Positions 10,287 to 20,713 of a stretch of DNA of 64,000 nt are shown piece after piece. Numbering within the stretch: the stretch's first letter is position 1; each line of letters begins with the position of its first letter. Under the pieces are notes generated by a model that searched no databases, was not told the DNA's origin, and saw nothing but the letters and a program-made list of their open reading frames with translations. Source of the DNA: an uncultured Fibrobacterota bacterium (GTDB lineage Bacteria > Fibrobacterota > Chitinivibrionia > Chitinivibrionales > FEN-1185); contig CAVWBU010000027.1 in the NCBI GenBank assembly GCA_963753345.1, positions 218,447 through 282,446 on the forward strand, written 5' to 3'. The position numbers were made by a program, and so were the translations under genes.

Positions 10287-11630
10287 TTATCTTTTGTGCT
10301 TGAGCACGTGTTCAAGCGTTTCGGCAAAGGACCCGATTTCGTATTTGGTGCGTCTCTCCGTGACGGCAACAAGCAGGTAATTGTCCATGTCGGGGTAGTA
10401 CCGTCCAAGCGGGAACCCCGGCGCGAACCCCAGTTCTATCATCCCGCCTGCAACTTCGGCCGCATCAACGGGAAGGCGAACCGTAAACTCGTTGAAGGTC
10501 GGGCTCGATTCCATCACCTTCACGCCGGGAACGGCTTTGAGCCTTTCCTTTGCATAATGGGCCTTGTTGAAACACAGCGACGCCACGTCCTTGAGACCCT
10601 GTTTTCCGAGAAGGCTCAGGTAGGCGTGCGCCCGGAGCGCGCACAGGGCCTCGTTGGTGCAGATGTTGGAGGTAGCCTTTTCACGCCGGATGTGCTGCTC
10701 GCGCGCCTGCAGCGTGAGAACAAACCCCTGTCTTCCCTTGTTGTCAACCGTGCGGCCCACCAGCCGGCCGGGCATCTTGCGCACGAGTTTTTTTGACGTC
10801 GCCATGAACCCGAGGTACGGGCCGCCGAACGAAAGCGGAAGCCCGAGAGACTGCCCCTCGCCCGTCGCGATGTCCGCGCCCATTTCGCCGGGAGATTTGA
10901 GCAACGCGAGCGCGATCGGATAAACCGATTGGATGACAAGAATGCCCATCGAATGACACCGCTCCACCATATCGCTGTGGTCGTCGATGACGCCGAAAAA
11001 ATTCGGGTTCTGGAGGACGACCGCCGCGGTCCTAGCGTCCAGCGCGTCGAACACTTTGTTTCTGTCGCTCTGGCCGTGGGAAACGGGGACCTCGTGGAAG
11101 TCAATTGACAGGTTGGCGGTGTAGCAGTACAGCATCCTGCGGTAAATCGGGTTGACGCCGCCGTCCACGATTATCCGGGGACGTTCCGTTGCGCGGATTG
11201 CCATCTGGCAGGCCTCGTACAGGGCGGTGCCGCCGTCGTAGAGCGACGCGTTCGACACTTCCATGCCGGTGAGGCGGCAGATGTCCGATTGATACTCGTA
11301 AATAGCCTGGAGCGTCCCCTGCGAAAGCTCGGGCTGATACGGGGTGTAGGCCGTGTAAAACTCGCTGCGTCCGGCGATGGCGTCCACCGCCGCGGGAATG
11401 AAGTGGTCGTAGAAACCGCCGCCGATAAAGTTGATAAGATGCGAATAGTTCTGTGCCGCGAGTCCGGTCAGGGTCGACAGGACTTCCTGTTCGGACTTTC
11501 CGGCAGGCAGAGAGCTTGCGGGCGCCCGCAGCTCAGCCGGAATGTCGGCGAACAGCGAATCCACCGCGGGCACGCCGCACGCCGCGAGCATTTCCCTGCG
11601 CTGGGCTTCGGTGGTGGGTACATAACTCAT
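10287..11630 (-). CDS. gcvPA: Glycine dehydrogenase (decarboxylating) subunit 1
   Basis: True start at ATG 11630 (MSYVPTTEAQRREMLAACGV). It overlaps the gcvH stop by 4 nt. Confidence 0.9.
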   Translation of the reverse strand: MSYVPTTEAQRREMLAACGVPAVDSLFADIPAELRAPASSLPAGKSEQEVLSTLTGLAAQNYSHLINFIGGGFYDHFIPAAVDAIAGRSEFYTAYTPYQPELSQGTLQAIYEYQSDICRLTGMEVSNASLYDGGTALYEACQMAIRATERPRIIVDGGVNPIYRRMLYCYTANLSIDFHEVPVSHGQSDRNKVFDALDARTAAVVLQNPNFFGVIDDHSDMVERCHSMGILVIQSVYPIALALLKSPGEMGADIATGEGQSLGLPLSFGGPYLGFMATSKKLVRKMPGRLVGRTVDNKGRQGFVLTLQAREQHIRREKATSNICTNEALCALRAHAYLSLLGKQGLKDVASLCFNKAHYAKERLKAVPGVKVMESSPTFNEFTVRLPVDAAEVAGGMIELGFAPGFPLGRYYPDMDNYLLVAVTERRTKYEIGSFAETLEHVLKHKR

Positions 11631-12022
11631 TTTTCGGACTCCGCGAACGTTTCGTAGGCTGCACCGTCCATGAGGTCGGCGAGGTCCGAATCGCCAAAGC
11701 CCCGTATCTTGAACAGCCACGCGGAATGATACGGATCCTTGTTGATCTGTTCCGGCTTTGTATCCAGCGCAGAATTGACTTCGGCTATCTCTCCGGAAAC
11801 AGGGGCATAGATGTCGCTTGCAGCCTTCACCGATTCGATGACCGAGCAGCTTTGCCCTTTGATGACCTTCTTCCCGATTGCGGGCAATTCGATAAAGGTG
11901 ATGTCGCCAAGCGCTTTCTGGGCATGGTCCGATATGCCGACTATCGCGGCACCCGCGTCGATCTTCACCCATTCATGGGTCCTGGAATATTTTCTGTCTC
12001 CTGGTGTGCCCGCTGCAGGCAT
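11627..12022 (-). CDS. gcvH: Glycine cleavage system H protein
   Basis: Start at ATG 12022. Lipoyl-lysine context SVKAASDIYAPVSGEI. THEWVK motif. Confidence 0.9.
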   Translation of the reverse strand: MPAAGTPGDRKYSRTHEWVKIDAGAAIVGISDHAQKALGDITFIELPAIGKKVIKGQSCSVIESVKAASDIYAPVSGEIAEVNSALDTKPEQINKDPYHSAWLFKIRGFGDSDLADLMDGAAYETFAESEK

Positions 12023-12051
12023 GAGTATCCTCCTTCGATTGAGGTGCAAAA

Positions 12052-13149
12052 TCAAGATAGAAAATCGCGCATCGGCCGTCGTGCCGTTGCCGATTTGTAA
12101 AACGGCATTTCGGTGATTATGCCGGGCAATGTGTTTTTGCCTGCAACAAGCGCAACACGATTGCCCGCAGAGGCGTGCGAAACGGGACAATATCCCATGG
12201 CGATCGCGCATTCGAGAGAAGGGGAGAAACTCGCGCTGGTGACCCTGCCGATTGCATTGCCGTTTTCATCGGCCATGACGTCGCCGTTACGGGCCGTGCG
12301 CCTGCCGTCAAGTTTTATTCCGCAGAGCGCGTTGCGGGAATTCCGGACATCGCACACCGCGTCCGAACCTATAAACCGCTTGTCGGATGCAATTGCCCTG
12401 GCAAAACCGGATTCCGCGGCATTGTGGTCGCGGTCGAGTTCGTGCCCGTACAGCGGGTAACCCATTTCGAGCCTGAGCGTGTCGCGCGCTCCCAGCCCCG
12501 CGGGTTTTGCTCCACAATCGAGGCAGTCATCCCAGAATTCGACGGTCCGCTGTTCGTCAAGATATACCTCAAACCCTATTTCTCCGGTGTAGCCTGTGCG
12601 GCTCACCAGCATGCGCCTGCCGTTGTACTCATTGTTCATCCAATGGTAATATTTCAAGCCATCGATCGGGTCCTTCAAGAGCCTTGCAATTATTTTTGGC
12701 GACGTTGGACCCTGAAGATCGATCTTCCCGGTCTCCGCAGAAAGATCGACAAGCGATGAACCGGATGAGACGTTTTGCCTTATCCATTCAAAATCAGCAT
12801 CTTGCGTTGAGGCGTTGACCACCATGAAGAAATCTTGTTCGCCGAGCCTGTAGGTGATCTGATCGTCTTGCACTCCACCGCTCTCGTTGCAGATAAACCC
12901 GTATCTGCATTGACCGATGGGAAGCGTTCCGATGTCGCAGGAAACAATCCTGTCGAGGTCTGCGGCGGAAGATGGTCCCTTGACGGAGAATTCGCCCATG
13001 TGGCATGTGTCAAAAACAGCGGCTTCATTACGTGTGCAGAAATGTTCCGCAAGGATGCCCTCATACTGAATGGGCATGTCAAACCCGCCGAACGGAGCCA
13101 TGGAAGCCGAAAGGGAAAGATGTGATTTGTGAAGAAAGGTTTTTTTCAT
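12052..13149 (-). CDS. gcvT: Aminomethyltransferase (glycine cleavage T protein)
   Basis: Start at ATG 13149 (MKKTFLHKSHL..MAPFGGFDMPIQYEG). Typical GcvT sequence throughout. Confidence 0.9.
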   Translation of the reverse strand: MKKTFLHKSHLSLSASMAPFGGFDMPIQYEGILAEHFCTRNEAAVFDTCHMGEFSVKGPSSAADLDRIVSCDIGTLPIGQCRYGFICNESGGVQDDQITYRLGEQDFFMVVNASTQDADFEWIRQNVSSGSSLVDLSAETGKIDLQGPTSPKIIARLLKDPIDGLKYYHWMNNEYNGRRMLVSRTGYTGEIGFEVYLDEQRTVEFWDDCLDCGAKPAGLGARDTLRLEMGYPLYGHELDRDHNAAESGFARAIASDKRFIGSDAVCDVRNSRNALCGIKLDGRRTARNGDVMADENGNAIGRVTSASFSPSLECAIAMGYCPVSHASAGNRVALVAGKNTLPGIITEMPFYKSATARRPMRDFLS

Positions 13150-13177
13150 GGATGCACGAGGCTGCCTGCCGAGCCGT

Positions 13178-13203
13178 AAAAAATACATCGGAACACCGAT
13201 GCG
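13178..13203 (-). terminator. Probable intrinsic terminator of the upstream DJ-1 fusion gene
   Basis: Minus strand reads GCATCGG-tgtt-CCGATGT followed by ATTTTTTA, in the 100-nt gap before gcvT. Confidence 0.45.
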
Positions 13204-13249
13204 GCAAAGGAAAGAAGATCGTCAATACCGGCAATCAGGTGCCGCCACC

Positions 13250-15067
13250 TTAGTCGTAGATCCCGAGGAGCCTTATTTCGTTCACGTCGGTTATTCCCTT
13301 GCCCCGGGCCCAGGCGCAGGCAAGCCGGAGCGGCTGTGCAGCAGGCATGATGATTTCGCCGGATCGGAAAGAGCTCACCCCGTTTGGCGTTTGTTCCAGG
13401 AAACGGAAATCGAGCGGGTTTTCGACGAGCCGCACCACCGTATTCTGCCGGCTTTCTCCTAAATAGCAATCACGGGCCGTCAGCCGGAGCGCGGCGTCGT
13501 TCTCCAAGGCAAGCTCTCCCGAAATTTTTATTGGCAACCCATGGCTCAGGATTTTGATACTGTCGATCCGGTACGCCGAGGCCTCTTTCCACAGAAAGAC
13601 AACCGTCCAAACAATCGACGTAATCGCCGGTGTGCGGCAGGAATAGACGAACTTGTTTCCATCAACTTTTGGCCGATGAATGCCCATGGTCTCTGGTTGG
13701 GTGATGGGGCATATTCTTTCGCCATTTGCATATAGCGCGAGGCCGACCACATTGTCAAGTTCGAACCTGCCGAAAGGATGGGCGATTCCGGAACAGCCTC
13801 TGTTGAGCACGAAAAACCGTGAAGGGGAAACGGCATTTCCCGCAAAATATGAATGTGCAGCATTGCCCGCACTCCACTCAAAATTTGCCACACGGGAAAC
13901 GCCATCCGCAACGTCTGAGGTGTCAATTCCTTCCGTCTTCTGAGCAAAGACCCACGCGCACCACAGGTACCCGAGCGCGGTCCCAAACAGGTACGGTTCG
14001 AGGCGATAAAGACTCTTTCTGCATACGATAAAGAAGGCATGTGCAGAGCGTTTTGTCATTTTCATGGCCGATTCGTCACACCAGCCGGCATTCAACATTG
14101 CTTCCAGAAGAAAGCAATCCATGGCGGCCGCGGCAACGTCGTGTGAAAAAACATCGGTTGCCTTATCGTTCTGAACGCAGAAGCAAAGCAGCCGACAGAC
14201 TTCTCTTCCGGCGCTGCGAAATTGGTGCGTACCGGGATTTTTCCCGCTCATTACCTCGATCACGGCACCATGGGCAAGCCGGAAAAGGGACGAGAATGCA
14301 TTGTCGTGAATATCAAGAATGGCCGGGTGCGGCATTGTGGTGGTTTCCGGGGCGCCGGAAATCATGGCGAGAAAGCGGAGACAATCCACAATGGTGCATT
14401 CGGTCAAGCATACCTTTCCTTGAACGAAAGACGCCGGAAGCGCCGAAAATGATTGGTTCTTCTCTTTTTGAAGGTCCTGAATCAGGTATTTGTAGGCGGT
14501 TGAGTCCATGCGGAGGAGCGCTGAGCGATACACAATCGACTTTGCGATGGCCTCGGCTTTTTCTCTGCCTGAAAGCCAGGCAACGATTTCAAGCGAGAAT
14601 GGAACTGCGGTTCCAGCGCCGCGGCTCGTAATAATGTTTCCGTCGGCCACAACATTGTCTTCGACAAAAATGGCGCCCCCCAGTTTGTCTTCTTCTCCGG
14701 GAAAGCATGTTGCCCGTTTATTTGCGAGAATGCCGGCTTTGCCGAACACCAGGGGCGCGGCGCAGATGGCGGTGCACAGCTTGCCGGCTAAAAACATCTT
14801 CTTGACAAACTCAAGAACGACGGCAGATTGCAAAAGGGCCTTGTGTCCGGGGCCGCCCGGCAGCACCAGCGCGTCGGGAAGGGAAGAAACCTGGCCAACA
14901 AGCAGGGTGTCGGCTCGGACCATTATCCCGTGCGAGCCGCGGACTTCAAGCGTGGACAGCCCGGCAACGGTCACCGTGATGCCGGCCCGTCTGAGAAGGT
15001 CAATGGGGGTAACGGCCTCAATCTCTTCGAAACCCTCTGAAAGAACGATCAAAGCCGTCTTTTCCAT
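13250..15067 (-). CDS. DJ-1/PfpI-family domain fused to a ~420-aa uncharacterised C-terminal region
   Basis: The N-terminal 185 aa are canonical DJ-1/ThiJ (ALIVLSEGFEEIEAVTPIDLLRRAG..LCTAICAAPLVF..GGAIFVEDNVVADGNIITSRGAGTA). I recognise no clear motif in the rest. Confidence 0.7.
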   Translation of the reverse strand: MEKTALIVLSEGFEEIEAVTPIDLLRRAGITVTVAGLSTLEVRGSHGIMVRADTLLVGQVSSLPDALVLPGGPGHKALLQSAVVLEFVKKMFLAGKLCTAICAAPLVFGKAGILANKRATCFPGEEDKLGGAIFVEDNVVADGNIITSRGAGTAVPFSLEIVAWLSGREKAEAIAKSIVYRSALLRMDSTAYKYLIQDLQKEKNQSFSALPASFVQGKVCLTECTIVDCLRFLAMISGAPETTTMPHPAILDIHDNAFSSLFRLAHGAVIEVMSGKNPGTHQFRSAGREVCRLLCFCVQNDKATDVFSHDVAAAAMDCFLLEAMLNAGWCDESAMKMTKRSAHAFFIVCRKSLYRLEPYLFGTALGYLWCAWVFAQKTEGIDTSDVADGVSRVANFEWSAGNAAHSYFAGNAVSPSRFFVLNRGCSGIAHPFGRFELDNVVGLALYANGERICPITQPETMGIHRPKVDGNKFVYSCRTPAITSIVWTVVFLWKEASAYRIDSIKILSHGLPIKISGELALENDAALRLTARDCYLGESRQNTVVRLVENPLDFRFLEQTPNGVSSFRSGEIIMPAAQPLRLACAWARGKGITDVNEIRLLGIYD

Positions 15068-15297
15068 GGACGGAACCTCCCCGCCGGTCCGCGATCACCG
15101 TTGTCGTGTTCTGAAGAAAGATATATTGTGATCCGGCAATATGTCAGAATCTTGCTTATATTGTATATGGTGGTCGCTTATCCTTGCTTTTTAACAAAAA
15201 ATCTACATATTTTACGAATAGGGGACTGGACGTTCTATTGGCAGCTTTTCACAAGGTGGTTCCGCGTCACGCGGAAACGTGAAAGGTCGCGATCTAT

Positions 15298-17592
15298 TTG
15301 AAAATCAACCAGGAGTCACCAATGGTGCCACGTTCCGGATCAACCCGTTTCATGTACTGCGCCTTGATCCTTGCGGCGATTTTCTCCAGCTCCCTTTTTG
15401 CCGACGAACAATGCGCGCTCACGTTTTCCGGCTGCCCGCAGGCCTTCGACGGTGATACCCTGCGAGTTCCGAACAACGTGACCAAACTCTATTCCATGGT
15501 GCATGCCTGCAATGCGTCGCAAACGATTCACGGTCGGCGGCGGCGGCGGCACCAGTTCAATTATTTTCGTTATTGACAATACAGGAAGCATGAAGGGAGA
15601 CAGGCGGAAACGATCCCGACAGGGGCGCGCTTTACCGTAACAAAAGCTCTGCTCGATACTCTTTTTGCACATGCACCTCAGACCGAAGTCGGGCTTGTTG
15701 TATTCAGGGAACACCTGTTTTTCGATACCACCACCACAGAGTACTACACAAAGTACTTCAAAACGGTTCACCCGACTTTGGACAACCAACCGGACCAGGC
15801 ATATCTTCCATTTTTGGTTCTTAACCAAACGTATGACGGCAAGCTTGGGATCGACATCATCAAGGATATCCTCGCCACCGACCCCACGGGCGGAGACCTT
15901 CTGTATCAACCGAATTGGACTGAGCCGACCGGCGGCGAAACAAACATAAACGGCGCTTTTATCGGGGTGAAGCAGGCATTCCAGAGCGCAAAGAACCCGC
16001 CGGAGAATCAATACGTCATTTTCATGTCCGATGGCGACCCGGAAGGAACCAACCAGGCAAATCTCGATCCGCACTGGTTTGATACACCTGCCGGTTGCGC
16101 CAACATGCCCACCACGTTCACCGTGTTTTTCATCAAAAACAACGGCGCGGCGCCCGCCGACATCGTCACCATGACGACCAATATAAAAAACAACGGCTAT
16201 TCCACCTCAAATCCCAATAGCAATTACTGGTCACTGGGAAATGTGAGCTACACAAATCTCATGGCCCTCCTGATGAACAATGTCATCACGAACATTCTCT
16301 TGTCGGGCAACCCGTCAAAAATGGTTCTCAACGGCACCACGTCTACGATATACGTCGACAGCTCGTTCTTCTTTGCCGACAGCTTTGCCATCACGGACGT
16401 TCCGACACCGGTAAACATGGGCATCACCTACCGGTATGTCAATCCGAAGACGCAGATCCTCTCGGACACCGTTGTTGCGATCAATTTTTATATCCAGCGG
16501 ACTTCGCAAGCCACTACGCTTCCGGCCGGAGTGGGAGAGGTGTGTCAGCAGATTACGGGGCCGGTGGGAAGCATTCCCGTGACGGCGACGCTTCTTGACA
16601 ACAACCATGACGGTAAACTTGACGAAATAGATATAAAGTGGACGGTCGATTCAACCATCACGGGGACGCCTACGGTAGCCCAGCTTATCCAGTCGCTGGT
16701 GATCACCACGCTGGACGGAAAGAAGGACACGCTGCACGCTGCGTCCATCCAAATGGATCTGGCCAACAATACGATTCATATTATCTTGACGGAGAATACA
16801 GGAAGCACGTACGAAACCGCCTGGCAGCCGAATCCCGCAATCAGCCTCACCAATTACCCGATGACGGGATCAGGCAGCTGGTTCGTAATCACTGCGGTAA
16901 TCGACGGCGCGGCGCCGGTGATAAAAGGCGTATGTTTCCTGCCCACGCCCAGCGGGGACTCGCTGCATGTCGAGTTCAGCGAACCGCTCCTGGGACAATA
17001 TCCTTCCGTCAATAACGACACTCTCGTGATGGGGGCAGGCAACAAACAGGCGCTGTCAGCCGCCGGCGTCCCAACTGCCGCCCCGCAGGGCGACATGGCT
17101 TCCTACGGGTTTACCAAGGGTACACTTTCCAGTTCGGACACCCTTACCGTAGAGGGCGGAAGACCGCCTTTCCCCTTGGAACCGTGCGGCAGTGTTACCA
17201 TCGTGTCGAATTATATCGTAGGGCCAAGTCCGTTTAATCCGCGAATAAACGTCGTTCCGCCTGCGTTGCGAAATCCAAACAGCACTTCTCCGACAGGCAC
17301 GGTCATTGTGGTCGAAATCAACCCGGCCCTGGCGGGGCATTTGCAAACGAATGATATAACAGCCACGCTGACGATTCTTGACGCGGTTGGAAACGTGGTC
17401 GTTGACAAGACACCAATGTACACCGATGTGAAGGTAAACATTCCGCCCAAGAAGCTTATCTGGTCATGGGACGGCAAAACCAGAAGCGGCTCGTGGGCCG
17501 CGCCGGGTACGTATTTGGCAAGGATCGTCATAACGGACAGCAAAACGGGAGCCAAACAGTCGATTCATCTGAATGTCGGAGTTAGACGTTAG
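15298..17592 (+). pseudogene. Secreted vWA-domain protein with a FlgD-Ig-like/sorting-type C-terminus; reading frame interrupted near the 5' end
   Basis: The signal peptide is in frame 1 (15298-15576, ending at TGA). The MIDAS motif IIFVIDNTGSMKG is in frame 2 (15482-15639). The rest of the vWA domain (FTVTKALLDTL..VGLVVF) and 600 further aa are back in frame 1. C-terminus WDGKTRSGSWAAPGTYLARIVITD..NVGVRR. Confidence 0.55.
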
Positions 17593-17637
17593 CCGATTGC
17601 GGGTGAAGGCCCGCAGGCATGCCGCGTCCAGGAACGC

Positions 17638-18876
17638 TTACTGCGGAATTTTAATGCGGAATACGGCCTGCGGCCTGACGCGGGGAAAAAGCTGGTGAAG
17701 GGCAAGAGCCAGAAGCGTTTGCCCGTCCTGTTTTTCGGGCCGCAGCCGCCGCGCCGGAGACCCATTGACAGACACGAACGCACTTGTCTTTGACATGCCG
17801 GAGAAAGCGCAGGTCGCCGCGGCAAGACCTGCGGCGCGGACCTTCAGCGTATCGCTGTTCCAGTAGGCGTTTATTCCCGCCCTCGAAGCGTTGTTTTGCA
17901 GTTCCCAACCGATGCAGTGTGACGGAACGTTCGGAAACCCCTGTGTAAATTCCCAGGAAACCGAGTTTCTCGCCTCAGGCCTGCTCCATGTTCGAATGAT
18001 TGCGGCAAGATTCCCGTATTCCCTCTGCCGGTAATCAAAACCGTGTTCCTCGTCCGGATATTCCCGGTGTTCCACGCTCACGCCGTTCTGTTCGAGCCAG
18101 GAGAGAAACTGCAGCACCTGCTGAAGCGGATAGATGCGGTCGCGTCCGGCGTTGATGTTGAGAATCGGCCGCTGCATGAGATTCCCTGGATTGAGCGTGA
18201 TGCCGAGCGACGCCAGCATGCCGCCGTATCCGGATATGGCGATGAATCCCGCAAACGGATCGCAGATCGTATTCGCCGCGCAATAGCACCCGGTCGCGCC
18301 GTCCGAAACGCCGGCAAGAAAAATCTTGTCCGGGTTGATCGGATAGCAGAGCGTCATGAACCTTACGGTCTGCAGGATCCGGGACATTCCGGCCGGACTC
18401 CACCATGGCGCGTACCTGTTTGCCGACGGGCTTGCCAGAAACAGGTTAAAGGTGTCCGCGAGGGTGGAGAGCATGGCGTAGGCAAGTTCTCCCTTTGTGG
18501 TGAGCTCGGTGCCTGTTCCTCCATGGAGATATACAATGAGGGGATAGACCGTGTCGTACCGCACCTGTGCCGGCGTCTTCCAGCCCACGGTGTAGGATGC
18601 ATTGAACTTATCGACGAGCACGGTCGTCTTCGCACCGCAGGCGCCGCGGTATATCTGCTGCGCCGCAAGGGCGATTGAATCTTGCTTGTCAACAAAGCCC
18701 CTGTACGACAGCAGGGAATCGGCGAGGGCGGGGGAAGGGTTCAAAAACCACCGGCCGTACAGGTCGGCGGCATGCGGCGGCAGGGCCGTCTGCGCGTGGC
18801 AACCCGAAAGCAGAACACACGCCGCAAGAGAAAGAGGCGCTATGCACTGGAAAAGAAAACGGATATGGAGGATCAT
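17638..18876 (-). CDS. Secreted alpha/beta-hydrolase (esterase/peptidase-type) lipoprotein
   Basis: Lipobox LLSGC. Oxyanion-region VYLHGGTG. Nucleophile elbow GVSDG. Confidence 0.7.
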   Translation of the reverse strand: MILHIRFLFQCIAPLSLAACVLLSGCHAQTALPPHAADLYGRWFLNPSPALADSLLSYRGFVDKQDSIALAAQQIYRGACGAKTTVLVDKFNASYTVGWKTPAQVRYDTVYPLIVYLHGGTGTELTTKGELAYAMLSTLADTFNLFLASPSANRYAPWWSPAGMSRILQTVRFMTLCYPINPDKIFLAGVSDGATGCYCAANTICDPFAGFIAISGYGGMLASLGITLNPGNLMQRPILNINAGRDRIYPLQQVLQFLSWLEQNGVSVEHREYPDEEHGFDYRQREYGNLAAIIRTWSRPEARNSVSWEFTQGFPNVPSHCIGWELQNNASRAGINAYWNSDTLKVRAAGLAAATCAFSGMSKTSAFVSVNGSPARRLRPEKQDGQTLLALALHQLFPRVRPQAVFRIKIPQ

Positions 18877-18901
18877 GGAGGCGCAACTGCGGCAGAAGGC
18901 C

Positions 18902-19264
18902 TTACGAAGGGCCGGCAGTCACGCTGCGTTCGAAATCGGCGCGCGAGCGGTGAATGGGGACAAAAGAATCAAAGCCCACAATGGTGATAATTCCCATTAT
19001 GTCTTCGTTGACGCCGAAGACCGCCAATCCGCCCTGCTTTTCCTTGAGCCGATTCTGGTAGTTGAGCATGAGGGTCATGGCGCTGGAATCGAGGTGCGTT
19101 GTTTTGGTTAAGTCGAGAGCGACGTACGGCCTCGGCTTTTCCTTGAGCGGCTCAAGTTCTTTTCTGATTTCGCCGACGAATTTTATGACGAATTTTCCTT
19201 CAACAGTGACGATATTCCAGGAATTCCACGTTTCCACGGAAACTTTGATGGGTGATTCTTCCAT
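18902..19264 (-). CDS. STAS-domain anti-sigma-factor antagonist
   Basis: 120 aa of SpoIIAA-like sequence (VALDLTKTTHLDSSAMTLML). Confidence 0.8.
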   Translation of the reverse strand: MEESPIKVSVETWNSWNIVTVEGKFVIKFVGEIRKELEPLKEKPRPYVALDLTKTTHLDSSAMTLMLNYQNRLKEKQGGLAVFGVNEDIMGIITIVGFDSFVPIHRSRADFERSVTAGPS

Positions 19265-19467
19265 GTCATCCGCTTTCCCGGCATTAAGCCGCGCGACGAT
19301 GAAGGTTCCCGATCCGAAGGCAGTCGGTGCGATGCCGCACCTTTATTAAAAATAATTGTTGTCCTCTTCAAGGCAAGCGCAAAGTAACGAGCAGGGGAAA
19401 TGAGCCGGATCGGCACAACGCTGTTCTGTTTGCCGTGCAGGCGTCGCCGCCGCGCCGGTCTGCTGCG

Positions 19468-20640
19468 TCACGCGGATGCGCGCATTCCCGGGTAAAGCTC
19501 GTATTCGTACAGCCTGCATTCTATTGTTCCATTGACAAACGGTGTCTTTCTTCCCGACTTGAGGCCGATTTTCTTCACAAGGTCGAAATTTCCCGAAAAT
19601 ACATATCCCCTATATCCGGCGCAGCGGCGTTTGAGAAAGTTTCCTATTCCCGCATATACCGCGGGAAGCAGATCAGGCGAGCCCAGGCGGTGGCCGTACT
19701 CAGGATTGAAGATGACGACGCCTTTTCCCTCCGGCACCTTTGTTTCGTCGAATTTGCACTCGGCAAATTCTATCCATGAATCCACTGCGGCCCCACGCGC
19801 ATTTTCTCTGGCGTTTGCAATTGCGGACGGGGCGATGTCGGTGGCGATAATTCTGCAATCGGGAGCCGGCTTCTCGCGCTCCTTCAGGCCGGCACGAATG
19901 TGAGCATAAAAATCCCGATCATACGGCACCAGATGCATGAAACCGAAGTTGTTTCGCAGCGTGCCGGGTTTGCGGTGAACCGCACGAAGCGCCGCTTCGA
20001 TGGCAAGCGTTCCGCTGCCGCACATCGGGTTTACAAAGTGCATGGTTTCGTCCCATCGCGTGGCGCGAATGACGCCCGCGGCAAGCGTTTCCTGCATCGG
20101 AGCGCTGCCGGGACGAAGGCGGTACCCGCGACGTGCGAGTGCCTCGCCGGACGTGTCGATGTAGAGCATGCAGCGATCGTCGCGCCAGTACAAATGCACC
20201 ACCGCGCCGTCCCTGCGCGGTCCGCTGTCGCACCGGCTACCGGTTTTGGTCGCAAGCCTGTCGACGATGGCGTCTTTGCACCTGAGATTGGCAAAGCGCG
20301 TGTCGGTGATCGATGCCGTTCGAACCGTGGAGGTCACGGTGAGCGTAGTGTCGAGCGGGATCAGCCGCTCCCAATCAAGCGAAAAGACCGCGGCATACAG
20401 TTCGTCCGGCGTCGCGCACTTTTGAGCAAGAACCTGGTACAGAACATGGTGGGCCGTGGACAGAACAAGGTTGAGGCGCACGCAGTCGTTGAGCGTTCCG
20501 CGCGTCCCGACGCCGGTCGGGAATTGCGCCGCTACGGGCAGGCCGGCCTCTTTTATGTCAAGCGCAACAAAATCCGCCAGCCCCTTGGGGCAGGTTACCA
20601 GGATGTGCGACTCATCCCGCGTGAAATCGTGTGGTATCAT
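19468..20640 (-). CDS. THUMP-domain class I SAM-dependent RNA methyltransferase (RlmL/YpsC-like)
   Basis: THUMP-type N-terminus, SAM-binding block FVNPMCGSGTLAIEA, and catalytic-loop variant FNPEYG. Confidence 0.75.
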   Translation of the reverse strand: MIPHDFTRDESHILVTCPKGLADFVALDIKEAGLPVAAQFPTGVGTRGTLNDCVRLNLVLSTAHHVLYQVLAQKCATPDELYAAVFSLDWERLIPLDTTLTVTSTVRTASITDTRFANLRCKDAIVDRLATKTGSRCDSGPRRDGAVVHLYWRDDRCMLYIDTSGEALARRGYRLRPGSAPMQETLAAGVIRATRWDETMHFVNPMCGSGTLAIEAALRAVHRKPGTLRNNFGFMHLVPYDRDFYAHIRAGLKEREKPAPDCRIIATDIAPSAIANARENARGAAVDSWIEFAECKFDETKVPEGKGVVIFNPEYGHRLGSPDLLPAVYAGIGNFLKRRCAGYRGYVFSGNFDLVKKIGLKSGRKTPFVNGTIECRLYEYELYPGMRASA

Positions 20641-20713
20641 GAGACACCGCCTTCAGAAGGCAACATACCCAACGTGTCCAGCGAAAAAGACGAACCGCCG
20701 GAAGTGAGTGAGG

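Noticed and set aside
13150-13249. Glycine riboswitch upstream of gcvT
   Set aside because: The 100-nt leader lacks the conserved GGAGAG...CACCGAAGGGGCAA-type aptamer core. It holds only a short terminator-like hairpin.
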